Source of the DNA: Sphyrna mokarran | Lineage: Eukaryota | DNA length: 64,000 bases | NCBI GenBank assembly: GCA_024679065.1 | Contig: JAGIQG010000016.1 | Span: 12,586,001 to 12,650,000 of the forward strand | Direction: 5' to 3' | Program-made: the position numbers and the translations under genes | Part shown: positions 13,750 to 27,058 of the stretch, one piece after another | Layout: each line of letters starts with the position of its first letter | How positions within the stretch are numbered: position 1 is the first letter of the stretch | Notes under the pieces: model-generated | Databases searched by the model: none | The model's input: the letters and a program-made list of their open reading frames with translations, nothing else | Told to the model about the DNA's origin: nothing

Positions 13750-14800
13750 ACCAAATTCTGCATCGACATTGAGATTTTCACGATGCTCCTACGCTCCGGA
13801 AGGATGCATCTCACCGTATATGGGTCCAACATCGAAATAATCTTACAATGAGTTGATGCCGCCCATTGAATACCTTCTCAAGAATGTGGAAAAAAGAAAT
13901 CTCTCAGTATGCATCCCATCAAGCCTATAATTAACCCTATATGTCTTTCGTTCATCAGGACTGTAACTAGTTCAATTCCAATGTATTCAAATATTCGATA
14001 AAAATCCATACAATGCGAAATCCCATTAGATATTTTCTGGACTGACTCTAACGTCACTGCATCTTACCATATATCACGTCATCACAGCTGTTTGCAGTGA
14101 GTCATTTGCGATTTAACCCGTTCCTTTTATAGGTTTCGGAATGCATTCTTACTTTTACAATCCATTCCCTTTGCCACAATGACCAGTAATTAATTACCTG
14201 TTGGATCCACATGCTGACTTTTTTTGTGATTTATGTTTTGCGCCCTTCAGAGCTATTTTGTTGCATTTTTTCGGGTGTTTTTTTTATTGTTTGAGTGATA
14301 TCCAACTCCATTATTATTTTTAAGGAACAGCAGAACATCAAATTTACTACGTTATTCTCCGCTCGCCATTTATATATCCCAGTCCACCTAATCTTTCCAT
14401 AACATTCATTGGGCATTTCGTGTTGTATGCCTGCTTGCCAGCCCATTTGTATGTTACTTGCAAACTCAAGAATATTACACTCGCTACCAGTTTTCAAGTG
14501 AATGATTGCTAATATATACATAATTAGGTGCCCCGCACTAGCCCCTCTGGACTCCGATATCTACCTGTTGTTATCCCGAAAATCAATTTATGACCATAAA
14601 TGTCTGTTTTGCTTTTGATATCTAAGTCTGCATCTACGACATTAAGTGGCAACCTAGAACTATGGATTATTATTTTATTCTGGATGCTCTTGCGAGGGAC
14701 ATAATCAAATGTTTTTTCATGTTATTCAAATAAGTTATGCAGCATTTTTTTTCCAGTCCCAACATGTATAGTCTTTAGTTAGGCCAATATTGTTTTAAGC
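13750..14800 (-). mobile_element. Very old CR1-type RT fragment
   Basis: ORF 14231-14521 reads ECNILEFASNIQMG...KWRAENNVVN, resembling CR1 CxISKFADDTKLG...WQMxxNVxKC. Confidence 0.55.
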
Positions 14801-15583
14801 AACGTCGGTTGTCCTTTAGAAGATGACAATGAGATGACGTCATCAGCCAATAATGTCAAGGGCGTTCACGCCCACCCACAGTACTGAAAGTGAGGGATTT
14901 CTGTGGTTTTGATGTAGCATTAGCGAATGAGGGGTAAAGAGTTTCCACGCAAAGCTTGGAACGCGCGGCGAGAGGTAGTGATTTCCCCATGCATCAGTTG
15001 GACCTGTCCGCCAATGTGTTCGTGGCCTTACCTTTTGGTCTACTGAGAAAGATGCGCATTAGTGTGCCTGCAGTCGATGGTGTAATTGCTATACATTGAA
15101 GTCATTGTTCATTGGTAGTGGCAGAATTGATGTTAAGAAAATGTGGAAGAGTTTTTATACCACGGGGCTGCTCTGTATCAAAATTAATTAATGTTTTTGC
15201 TTTAGAACTCCAGTAATCCAAAAGTATGGAGAATACACAAACACACTCCTGGCTCGTGCTTTGCAGAGGGTGATCAGAATTTAGTGAAGACTGTAACAGT
15301 GTCGTTTACACCCAGATAGTATTTGGCATATTCTTCTTTTAACGACATGAATATATGTTATTCATTTTAGTTTCTGGTTAAAGGTCAACCCAATATACAT
15401 AGTCTAGATTTCAGACGTAGCAATGCTGCTAATTGTTAAGAGTGATGGTTAAATGCTCTCATGTTGGAGAGCAACGTTGTCTGGAACGTGTTTTCTTTTT
15501 GCGAAGGCTACTTTCCAATTATCTACCTTCAGTGGAGCGTTGTGCCTTCATCAAGTAAGTGGAGACTTAGGTTCAGCAATTGG

Positions 15584-15599
15584 ACACACACACACACAC

Positions 15600-15669
<70 letters not shown>
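15584..15669. repeat. (CA)n(TA)n microsatellite
   Basis: Direct dinucleotide run. Confidence 0.97.
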
Positions 15670-15671
<2 letters not shown>

Positions 15672-15699
15672 TCAATGGTATGATCATGGTTGGAATCTG

Positions 15700-16130
15700 A
15701 GTCTTTACAGGTAATCAAGTCTTTACAGCTGCAAGAAATGAGAGTGGGAGAAGGGATATTGTCAGGTTTAAAGAGCTGTATTTTTTTCTGAAGCCAGGAC
15801 AATAAACAGTATTTTACAAAACCGGCAGAATATTGTGGTCTGCCAGCCATATTCGGTGTCTGCATCCTGAGAAAGTCAGTGTGCTTTTTTTGCTGTGGCG
15901 TGTCGGAAAATTCAATGGGTAAGTGGAGTGCGATATCCTGTCCTTAGAGTCTGTAGGTGGTTATTGCATTTCTCCTCATCTGAGCAGATACGATGTAAAA
16001 AAGAGTTTTTTTTTGTCCGTAGGAGATGGTTTCATTCACTTTTTTTTAGTGTGGAAGCTGGAGAAGTGGAGCATTTGGGGTTTATTTTCGTGTATGCGGT
16101 ACATTGAAGTGCTGAAATGATCGTCCTTGG
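15700..16130 (-). mobile_element. Penelope-like RT fragment
   Basis: MQTPNMAGRPQYSA resembles Penelope RT HKPxxPGRPIVSA. Confidence 0.5.
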
Positions 16131-16529
16131 TAGAGATGTCTGTGTCAAAGAAAGCAATCAATTCTGGAAAATCATCCATTGCAAATGTGAAGATGGGGAG
16201 GAACCTGCTACAGAATGGAGGGATAAAATTTTGGCGGTGCAATTGATATACAGGGTTCAATTGCAAGGGAAATATACAAACGTTTCTGTGATCGCAAACG
16301 AGGCCCCAGAACGATATGTGTTACTGTCAAGGACGTCTCAGAGAATTTCCAGGCATTTTGAAGAGGGGGGGCGGCGGTGTTGGTGGAGGTGAGAGGAGAA
16401 CAGACTGATTGTAGTACACGTTGATACAAACAACAGAGGTTAAAAAAATGATGTTCTAAAACAGAATAAAGTGAGCTAGGGAGAAAATTTAGAATTTGGA
16501 CCTCAAATGTAATGACTCGGTTACAAGTC

Positions 16530-17408
16530 AGAGCAGTGGTAGATAGTGAAGAGGGGTGTTATAGTTTGCAGAGAGACTTAGACAAGTTGAAGAGCTGGGC
16601 CGAGAGGTGGCAAATGGAGTTTAATGTGGAAAAGTGTGAGGTAATTTACTTTGGCAGGAATAACAAATGTGTAGAGTATAGGGCTAATGGTAGGACTCTT
16701 AATAGTGTTGATGAACAGAGGGATCTTGGTGTATGTGTGCATAGATCCCTGAAAGTTGGCAATCAAATCAATAAGGTTGTTAAGAAGGCATATGGAGTCT
16801 TAGCTTTTATTGGTAGGGGGATTGAATTTCGGAGCCGCAACATCATGTTGCAAATGTACAAAACTCTAGTGCGGCCGCACTTGGAGTATTGTGTGCAGTT
16901 CTGGTCCCCGCATTATAAGAAAGATGTGGAGGCATTGGAGAGGGTACAGAGGAGGTTTACCAGGATGTTGCCTGGTATGGAGGGCAGGTCTTATGAAGAG
17001 AGGCTGAGGGATTTGAGCTTGTTTTCGTTAGAAAGGAGGCGGCTAAGAGGGACCTTATCGAAACATATAAGATGATTAGAGGTTTAGATAGGGTGGACAG
17101 TGATAGCCTTTTTCCTAGTATGGAGAAAGCTAGCACGAGGGGACATAGCTTTAAATTAAGGGGTGGTGGTTATAGGACGGATGTCAAAGGTAGGTTCTTT
17201 ACCCAGAGGGTGGTAAGGGTATGGAATGCCTTGCCTGCGTCAGTTGTAGATGCGCCAAGTTTGGTGGTGTTTAAGAGGTTAGTAGATAAGTTTGTGGACG
17301 AAAAGGGAATGGTTTAGTTTAGAGAGTCATTGTTTTTTCCTAATTGGTCGGCGCAACATCGAGGGCCGAAGGGCCTGTTCTTCGCTGTAATGTTCTATGT
17401 TCTATGTT
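16530..17408 (+). mobile_element. Young 5'-truncated CR1 LINE nested in the older CR1
   Basis: Nearly intact ORF LQRDLDKLKSWAERWQMEFNVEKC...YKTLVRPHLEYCVQFWSPHY...LERRRLRG with one frameshift; tail ggccgaagggcctgt...ttctatgttctatgttc. Confidence 0.95.
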
Positions 17409-19404
17409 CAGGATTACTACCGATGCACGTTCTAGTCAACGTAGAAACGAGAGGGTATATAGGAAACAAGCGACTCAAGAGATGGAATGGCGGGAACGAT
17501 TTAGAATCATGGGGCATTGGGAGCAGTTCTAGGGGAGGTTGAAACTTTGCAAATTACACTTGGGCTGAACTGGGACTAATCTCTTGGGGGAATGAATGCT
17601 ACAATGCTTAGGGAGGGCTTAAACTAATATGCCAGGGGCATGGAAACCTATGCATGGGCTCTACGAAGAAGGGACTATGGGCAGGATATGGAGAGAATGT
17701 CCCAGTTACAACAAAATTCAGGAGAAAAATAACGTTTAATGGACGTATAACTCATGGTTGTTATTAATGGAATTGTTAGAATTCAAATATGAACTTAGAA
17801 AACTTAAGAAAACTTAAAAAAAGGACATTTTTTTCTGAATTATTGTCACAACGTAAATGAGTTGTCGGCACCAGTCACTGGCAACAAGTATGAGTTGGTG
17901 GGCATTACGGAGACATGATTGTAGGATGGATAAGACTGAATGTTAAATACCAAGGGGTATCAGAATGTTCGGACAAGAACGTATCGGAGGTGGTGTAGCT
18001 CTGAATTTTAAGGATGACATCAGGGCGGTAGTGAAGGATGATTCACCTACCATAGGAAAAAAAAAGGTTGAATCTATTCGGGTGGAAATTAGAAATAATA
18101 AGAAGATAGGCACAGTCTGTAGGCCACCAAATAACGACACAATGATGGGGCGAGGAATAAGTAAAAACATAACTGAAGCATGAAAAAATGGTACCACAAT
18201 TGTCATGGAGGATTTTAAGCTACACATCAATTGGTTAAAGTAAATTGGTCAGGCAGCCTTGATGGGGAGTTCAAAGAATATATCCACGACAGCTTCCTTG
18301 AATATCCTGTAATGAAACATACGAGGGAGCAAATTATCCCAAATCTGGTCCCTTGTAATGAGACAGAAATAATTAACTGTCATGCAGTTGGGATCTTTTC
18401 GGAAGAAGCAATCTAAATATAGTTGAATTTAAAACAAAGAGGAAATGTGCAAAGGTAAAATCCAATACCAGTGTCTTATGCTCAAGGAAAGCTGACTACA
18501 AAGGAATGAGAGAGGTGTCGGTTAAGGCAAATCGGAAGCTAAGCCTTTGTGGTGGGACAATTGAGGAAAGGTGGAAGATTTTTAAAGTGCACACGAATTT
18601 ATTTACCAGTGATAAAGAAGGAATGAAGAAAAGAGACAATCAGCCTCTCTTATATCTCTTATATCTAAGGAAATAATGGAGTGTATCAAATTGAAAGAAA
18701 ATACATGCAAAGTGCAAAGGCTGGTGGGAAGCGAAAGGATTGGGCAATAATTCAAGGTCAATAGACAGTCACCGATTAAGCTATCCCGCTAAGTAAATGT
18801 ATTGAGTGAAAACCAGCTCAAAATATACAAACAGATAGAAAAAGTGTCCACAAATGTATAAAACGGAAAGGAGTGGCTAAAGTGGACTTTGTTCATTTAG
18901 AGGATGGGAAGGAGGATGAAATGAATGGAAAAGAGACAATGGCTGACACATTGACCATGTATTTTATGTCGGTGTTCAAAGCGGAAGAAACAAATAACAT
19001 GCCAACAATTGATGATAGGAAAGTGATGGCACATGAGGATCTTGAATCCATCATGATCACGAAAGACGCAAAGATGGGCAAGTTAATGGGGAGAACGGTA
19101 CACTACTGGTCACGGTAGAATGCATCCCAGGGGATTAAAAAGATGGTGGGAGAAATAAGAAATGCATTTGTGGTAACTTGCCAAAGTTGACTGGACTCTG
19201 AGTGACTCCCATGAACAAATGTGATGCTACTCTTAAAAAGAAATAAGTGAGGTAGACAAGAAGAGGGTAACTATAGGTCGGTTAGCTTAACATCTGGGAT
19301 ATGGAACGTACTTGAATCTATCATAAAGCAAAAGAATAGTAAGACACATGAATATAAATTGTCCCATTGTTAAGACACAGTGAGGGCTCATGAAGGGCTG
19401 ATCA

Positions 19405-19558
19405 TGAGAAGAGAAGGGAATGGTTTAGTTTGGAAGATCATGGAAGAGAAGGGAATGGTTTAGTTTGGAGGGGCATTGCTTTTTATTTTGGTCGGCACAA
19501 CATCGAAGGCCGAAGGGCCTGTTCTGTGCTGTATTGTTCTATGTTCTATGTTCTATGT
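19405..19558 (+). mobile_element. Young CR1 3' stub nested in the old CR1 RT
   Basis: agaagggaatggtttagtttggag... (5' piece duplicated) ...ggccgaagggcctgttctgtgctg...(ctatgtt)n; it interrupts the host frame just before LTNLLEFF. Confidence 0.9.
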
Positions 19559-20789
19559 TTGACTAATTTATTAGAATTCTTTGAAAACATTATATTTGCA
19601 GTGGGCATTGGGGAAGCTGTGGATGTGGTATGTTTGGATTCTCAGAATGCCCTCTGGGAATCCATACATATCATATTCTTTTGCGTTACATAAGATAAAG
19701 GTGCACAATGTTACTGCAATGTATTAACATGGGTTAATACATGGTTAATTAATAGAACAAAATGAAATGCTGGAAATGGATGTCTTCCGATTTGGTGAAC
19801 AATGACTACTGATGGGTTTTAGGAATTAACATTAGGACTAAACTTGTTTTCGATTTGCATAGATGAGTTGGAATTTGGGACCAACTACAGTGTGCCAAAA
19901 TTCACATTAAACAGTAAGATGAGTGGCGAAGCAAACTGTGCAGAGGACGTTAAAGTCTGGAAAGAGAGACAGATAGTCTAAGTGAATGCGCAAGGGTTTG
20001 CCAGATCGAGTATAACGTTGGTAAACGTCAGGTCATCGATTTCGTTAGGAATAACAGCAAAATTGACTATTATGTATATAGTAAAAAAAAAACATCCTCC
20101 TGAGCAGAGACCTTGCTCTGCATGGAGCAGAAAAAAATGGTTTGCAGGTGCAGCAGTTAATTCAGAAGGCAAATAGAATTGAGTCCTTCATCGCTAGAGA
20201 GATGGATTTTGAAAAAAAAAAGCGAAAACTAGTCACAGGTATAAAAGGTGCTGTAAGGCCATACCTGAGGTAAGGTGGACAGTTTTGGTGGATTTGAGTG
20301 AAGATATACAGGCAATGGAGGAGACGTCGTGTGGAGAGGGTTGGCTTATGAGGGAAGGCGGAGTAAATTGTGCTATATTCTTGGAATTCAGAAGAATGGG
20401 GGAGTTAATATCGAAACGTATAAGATCATGAAGGCAATGGATAAGATGGAAGCAGGGAAGATATTTTCATTGGCAGGACAAATTGGATCTATACAGCATG
20501 ACATCAAATTAGGGGAAACCGATTCAGGAATGAGTTGAGAAGAAATTTCTTCACTCAAGGAGTTGTGAATCTGTGAAAGTCCCTGCCCAGTGAAGCAGTT
20601 GAGACTTCCTCATTGAATGACAAGGATAGATACATTTTGGCCAGTAAATGAATTGATGGTTGTGGTGAGCGGGTGAATAAAGTGGAGCTGCGTCTATGGA
20701 AATATCAGCCATGACCTTATTTAATGGCAGAACACCCTCGATGGGTCTGCTTCTAGTACTTATGTTATAGTCTAACATTTCAGCAGTCA

Positions 20790-21215
20790 AGGACATTCAG
20801 TTTCTGTCTCGTTAAGCATTCTTCAAGGCAGCCTCCAAGAGATGCAACTATGTAGAATGGCGAAGAAGAAATTGATGACTGAGTTCAGCACAAACGAGGA
20901 AGTCCACAATCGGGATCGTGGGTTCATGTCTCACTACGTGTAACACTGCATTTTGCATGGATTAACAAAGTCTTACGAACTGCCCTGGTTTCAGATAATT
21001 CATTTTTTTTTTATCCTGCCAATGCTCCTTCCTCCACTTCATTGTCTGCATCTGTGAAAACTTGACTATCTATAACAACTTGTTTTCCAACTATTATCTT
21101 CCAATTGAAGCTGTGTCTATTTATGCCCTGCTTGAGAGTCCAACTCTCCACTTATCTAATGAAGGAACAACGCTGTGAAAGCTTGTGCTACCAAATAAAC
21201 CTGTACAACTTAAAT
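20790..21215 (+). mobile_element. Penelope-like 3' fragment (GIY-YIG C-terminus and degenerate hammerhead-like motif)
   Basis: ILQGSLQEMQLCRMAKKKLMTEFSTNEEVHNRDRGFMSHYV* resembles Penelope ...EQKLIAKFRTHExGLNRDLGFMSHY; ctaatgaagg...gaaagc at 21156-21182. Confidence 0.7.
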
Positions 21216-23918
21216 CTGTTATTTTTGAGACTTCATCCGCTGCGCACACCAGTTGAATGCCAGAGTTTCTACATCGTGAGTACTATGGAAAGCTTTGACT
21301 GCGTTATTAAAGGTGACAATTAATTTCATTTGAAAGGTTGAGAAAAATGTACAAGATCGTTGCCAGAGTGAAATAATGGATCTGGTAGCGAGGAAAAAAA
21401 TGAAATTATATTTATAAGTACTTCTCCTCGGAAATAAGGACTCATGTTTTAATTGTGTGTTCCAAACATTGAGAGAAAAAAATCTAATGAGGGTGCGAAG
21501 AACCAAATAGGATTTCAATAACTTTGAAAGACGATTAGAAGGGAAATGAGACAATTGTGTTCCTCTTAGAAATTTGAAGGCATGATCTCCCTGTACGAAA
21601 AACATTTTTTTTTTTAATAATGGCCCTTCATATGCTTCTGAACAGCCGAAACGTGCAGGGTGACAGACAGCGAAAAAGTAATTTTTGGCATGTTGGCTCA
21701 TCATATTGCCGGGAACATGATGGGTAAATTTGCCGAGGTCTGTCTCATAGCGTTATGGTTCAGAAGGCTAAACTGATCCGAATTCAATATTCCCAAGTTT
21801 ATAACAATGCACGTGTAACGGTGGCAGATGAATGTATTCACTGCGAATATTACTCATTATTGTCAGGTGATTTTGCGAACTAACTTTTTTTTTATTATTG
21901 GGAACGTATATTTAAGTTTTGTTTATTATGGTATAAAAAAATAATCAAGTAACCCTAACAGGTCAGTTGTACAAGCACGAAAACTTTTGACAGGAAATAG
22001 GAACAGCTTATTAATTAAACGCAATGTCATCAGACGGTCAGATTGTCAACTACTATACGGAAGCAAGTCGCATTTGTAGAAGTAAAATCAAATATTTCTT
22101 TTGGGTGCAGCAAGTTTGGTGACAAAACAAACAAACAAAAAAAAAGTGGATTTTCTGAATATCCTGAACTAAATTGAGGAAATGTGAATTGTTGTTCCTT
22201 ATATCGGGCAATAGTTATTGATGGTTAGACACAGGTTAGCGCTGACAAAATATTGAGTGACAAACAACGAGTGGACTGCGTTAAGGAAAATGAGTTATGC
22301 ATTGTCTTGGAAAATAGAAATGATGAAGTTCTGCACGCAACAGTGCTTTAGATATGAGAAATCAAGGTTCATTCATGAGAGTTGGATTAATATAGTATGG
22401 ACATTGGAACAAAATTTCCTTACATAACCATTATAAGCAAGAAAGCAGGGCACAATGATACAGTGAAAGACAATAGCGCAAATACAGTTTGATCAAAATG
22501 ACAGCAGCATTATTGCATTCGAAGGCAAGGTTTCCTATGTGATGGTATCTACATTGAAACTATTGTGGAATTTTCAAAACAACTCCTCTTAACATGGTCA
22601 AATGCTTATATTTGTCTCGTTCTGTTAATTTATTTGATGATGCCATGAGGTGCTGAGCAATTATTTATCCGAAGTTGTGTATACTAATACACCATAGGTG
22701 TATGAGTTCTTATTGAAGCTTGTGGAATATTAATGCGGGTTGTTTCGGTATATGGAAAAAATAAATATCCTATGTTTGCGTAATTTGGAACGAAAATCAT
22801 AATTTAATTAATACAAATTAGATGATAGCTATCTTCTCTTGTAGACTTCATTATTTTCAATTGTTTGTTTAAGAGTTATGTGGCTTTATATATATATATA
22901 TATAGGTCGGACTCGATTCATATGCATTGAAGTAGAGTATGTTCCATTTAATTTCAAGCAAACTGCGTTGGAATAAATAATTCAGTCAGGCTGACAATAA
23001 TGATATGCACTTCCTCTTAATTTTCATTTCATTATAGATGTTCAGCAACACGAAGGAACAAAAAAAGAAAATCCTAGGAAGACTGAAATTGAATGAACAC
23101 ATATCAACTCACTTGAATGGACTCATATCAATCGTGATTGATTGAGTGGTCAAAATCTGGCTGTATTTATTAAATGAATTATCTTAGAGTTCCTGCATGG
23201 GTCATGCATATCTTTGTACCACATATCATGATTTGAGCATCGTTTTCAATACAGCAATTGGAAACCTGAAGTCAGAGCTTTGAGAAACAAAATATGGAAC
23301 TATCATTTTTGATGAACAGAATGCAATGCAACATATTATGGCAATGCAAAAAAGAAAGGGTGGGGGACATTATCTCTTGGCTGCCTTTTTTCTGAAGAAG
23401 TATGACGAATCGAAACTAGTCTATCATAATATGTGGAACATTGGACATCGCAACATTTGATGTTATTAATCGCGCCTCCGGCATCGCAAAAGTCAATGAA
23501 TCTATTTGAAATTATTCACTGGAATAACAAATCCGAAAAGTAACTGTGTAAAATTAAAGGTAATCATGAGAGAAAACACGTCGAAATATATGACCTCATG
23601 TATCCCGTTCAAAGTCAAAGTTTATTCGATTGGGAGAGACTGTTCCCCAAATCAAACAAATATTTTTAATTAGTTTTATTTGAAAGTCAATATCTATACA
23701 ATTATATGTTTCCAAGTGAAACCATATTCCTGCTCGTGTCGATGCATTGTGCTCTTTTCAAGCACACAGTTTATATTGACAATATAGCTCTTTTTCTATT
23801 TTCCTCTCTCACTATCACCCCCAAAATCTACCGACCATTGCATTGGTTATCTGCTCTCATTTTGTGACTTAATATCAAGTTACATTTAGAAATAGAGCCG
23901 AAAAGATCAGGATTTGAA

Positions 23919-24241
23919 GGGCAACACGACAGCTCAGTGACTATCGCTGTGCTGTGCAGGTACATGGATTTGGGCCTGTGTCTGTGGGAGTTTGTGCATT
24001 CTCCCCGTGCTTGCGTGGGTTTTCTCCAGGTGCTCCGGTTTCCTCCCACATCCCAAAGATGTGCTCTTAGGCTAATTGGAAAAAACTAATCCTCCCTAAG
24101 CTGTCTCAAATTTGGTTTTTAATCCATAGATCTAAACATAGACAGGGATCACGGGTAGAGGTGGGAACATCGGGGAGGCGGCGCCGTGTCGTTGGGCCGA
24201 AGGGCCTGTTTCCCGTGCTGTTTTGTTCTTTGTTCTTTTGA
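23919..24241 (+). mobile_element. HE1-related SINE with variant 5' end
   Basis: Core ctgtgggagtttgtgcattctccccgtg...ggtgctccggtttcctcccacatcccaaag and CR1-derived tail gggccgaagggcctgttt...(ttctttg)n. Confidence 0.9.
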
Positions 24242-24300
24242 GATTTGAAAGCACGAATTAACCACCAATTAATTCTTCCAGTGCCACTGCTCTGCCTTAC

Positions 24301-26877
24301 CATTAAGGAGTTGACAGAGAATGTGGGATACCGTTGTTTGCATTCTGACACATTGCCCTTTTTTGGCACCTTTTTTTCCACTGAAGTTCATTACACACGA
24401 AGTGTAAAACGAGTCCGTGATACATCAAAACTGGATTGATCTGCCATTTCATTGAATACTTATTACCTTCGAAGACACGACGCGCTGCTGAGAAAGTTCT
24501 TCCCACTCAGCTGTGGTAGAAATTGCGTCGCCATTTCTTTTTCATTGTCGGAGGGAATTCCCAAGTTCTTCTGAAATACTTTCATGAAGGATATGAATGT
24601 AGGTTATTCATTCAAATTAAATTGCCGTGGTAGTTGCATTGCCAGTGGGATATATTTATGATTCTTAAATTACGTGAAAACATAAAACATGTGAAGGCGC
24701 TTTCCATTAAAAATTTACAATATTGTGATCTTCTTGATTTTTGGTTTTGCTAACTCGGAGTGTTTTTTTTCAGAAAAAAGGAGTATATTATGTTGCATGT
24801 TATTGGCAACATCAATAGCTTTTGCGTGCTGTGTTTCAAAATCAAAGGGAAATAATTCTTGCTCGAGAATCTCGGTGAAGTATGTTCCGAACTTCCATTG
24901 GTTCACATTTGCGCTCTGTTTTTACAATCTCCAAGAGAATTTGAGTTTTTTTTTCATAAGAGACCCAGAGCAGATTTGAAATCTGCTGCAGAGTGGAAAT
25001 CAAAATGCATTGATCGTAAAAGGTTAAATCATTTGTCGTGATTTGTTTTTATGGAGGCACTGAATCGCAATATTTTCCATATTTTGGTGGCGTTTAAGAG
25101 GTTAGTTGATAAGTATATGGAGGAGAAGGGAATGGTTTAGTTTGGAGGGGCATTGCTTTTTATATTGGTCGGTGCAACATTGAAGGCCGAAGGGCCTGTT
25201 CTGTGCTGTATTGTTCTATGTTCTATGTTCTATCCAGACGACAATTAAGACGGTGAAAGTACTGGGGCACGAGGGAAATAATCAGATATATTTTATTTCA
25301 GACGTTTGGCTGCGATAATGGATTTAGACATTCTGGTCTTGATTCTGACGGTTTCCACTTCAAATCACCTGCTCAAGAATTTGCAAATTGGTCATCCTGG
25401 TGAAATTGCAGAATATAGACGAAATTTATGGAACGTCAATACCCTTGAAGCTCCCTGAACTTGTGAGATGTTGGTGAGTTAAAGACTGAAATATTTTGCA
25501 GACGGTGAAAGCTGGAATGAAATCCTCTTGATTTGGGTGTTGACTTTTTTTGTGTGTTTTTCCACACCAAAAAAAATACAAATACGCACATGGATTGTTT
25601 TGCTGTGACCACCTACATAAATCAACTCAAATAAAAAAAAAGTTTGCAAATATGATTTTAAGTTGTTGATTTCTAATTCTCTAACGATCCTTCCCATGGA
25701 ATATATCGTTGTTATTGGTGAATTGCAGTCCCCTGGGGGACACTACGTTCCTCGTAAAGTTTTGACGAGGGAATCGTTCCATAGAGGGGTGGGTGATTTG
25801 GGAGGAGGAGAAGGTGGTGTGGGTGTTGAAGAATGACATTAATAAGTGGAAGTCTGAATGCAAATACTGAATGCTATGCCATGTTTTACACGATTTGCAA
25901 ATGGCTCTGGTGGCTGACACCATATTTTAAGTATGATGATGATCAGCAAATGATCGAATCTCTCACAGGCCTCAGCCAAACATCTGGTCATGGTAGTTTG
26001 TTTCATCCTTTTGTTATCCGACTCGAGCTCTTAAATAACGTTATGTCCTTTGATGCCTTTTTGAGCTGATCAACCTGATTTATGTCAAAGAGGACAAAAG
26101 GACATAACTTTAATTAAGTAGATCAGGTTGAAAATGGCATTTGATCCCCGTGGTTTGCACAGAGCAGTATAATGCAGGAGCATTGAGCAATTCCATTGGC
26201 ATGAAATCTGTGTTACATTTTTGAAGAGTTTTCGAGCTGCACTTGTGATTTCCACATTTTCACATCAATTTCCAAACCTGAATCATCAATCTCTAATGGT
26301 TCGGATGTCCATGATTTGCATTTTTTTTTCAGGATCTGAAGTTATTTTGCATATATTGTGATCTCTAATGGTCTACCCAACATTCATCTATCCATTGCTC
26401 GAGTAGATAAGTACAAAGGGAATAATCGAACGTTTTCCGAACAATCACATTATTCTTGACGTGATGATCTTTTAAATACCTGCATGTTTTTTTTTTTCCT
26501 TTTTCTATCTTAATTTAGTCATTCCGAGAAAACATGTTTAAATAATTACAACAATGTTGATCATGGTTTGGTATCAGAAGTTCAAAATTTACAATGGTTG
26601 TTTCCACGATTTTTGGAAATGGTTATGCTCTATATTATGATGTGGCTATCGACTTTGGTATTGATGTCAATTCAACATTGTCTCGTTGATTTAAACGTCA
26701 TAATGTGAACAATCAAGTGGAAACGTGCCGGCCTCAGGCCTTTGAGCTTTGGGGACACGTGCTAACTATTATAAATTATGCTGCTGGTATGTTTCTTTTT
26801 ATGCTTGAACAATTGTGCATATATTATGAATCATCCATCTGTATAATTGCAGTTTTAGAGCAATGTTGAAAGAGCAT
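24301..26877 (-). pseudogene. Decayed exon: Roc GTPase-like + COR-like + death-domain-like (Roco/DAPK-type module)
   Basis: Acceptor T-tract catgtggcAG and donor AATG|GTAAGG. Motifs in order: A*FIIVSTCPQSSKA (G1), CDCSENVRLFPLYLSTRA (G3), VKMWKSQV, IILLCANHGD (G4), LP*PDVWL, NLKSYLQTFFLFELIY, SLVPQYFHRLNCRL (COR), ISEELGNSLRQ(W)KEMATQF (DD). Confidence 0.6.
25083..25233 (+). mobile_element. Young CR1 3' stub inserted in the COR-like coding sequence
   Basis: Same 3' sequence as 17260-17408 with a (ctatgtt)n tail. Removing it rejoins FHRLNCRL|ENIAIQ on the minus strand. Confidence 0.9.
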
Positions 26878-27058
26878 CTGCCACATGAAAAAAAAAGAAC
26901 TCAGGGGAGACATTGTTTCTTTTTGACACTGGGAGGATTGTTTAAAAATTAGGATTATTTGAGCTCATTTATCTTACTTTGCGGTTAAAACCCATCTCAC
27001 TTATTGCCACATTGTTGGGTGATTGTCATGTTGCAATGCAACAAGATAGCTAACTTAC

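Larger units (their letters stand above)
16200..20770 (+). mobile_element. Old near-full-length CR1 LINE (ORF1, APE and RT remnants) hosting nested insertions
   Basis: APE remnant GGGVALNFKDDIRAV...VESIRVEIRN...GTVCRPPN at 17965-18183; RT remnants NYRSVSLTS (about 19270) and LTNLLEFFE...AVDVVCLD (19560-19640); 3' end at about 20700-20770. Confidence 0.85.

Noticed and set aside
15453-15700. ORFs with HT or CV dipeptide runs
   Set aside because: Translation artefacts of the (CA)n microsatellite.
21219-21704. 161-aa minus-strand ORF
   Set aside because: AT-rich, with no recognisable motif or convincing splice pair.
23112-23266. Possible minus-strand exon (cttcAG...CAA|GTGAGT)
   Set aside because: All frames contain stops and no family similarity is visible; it may belong to the pseudogene but is unsupported.
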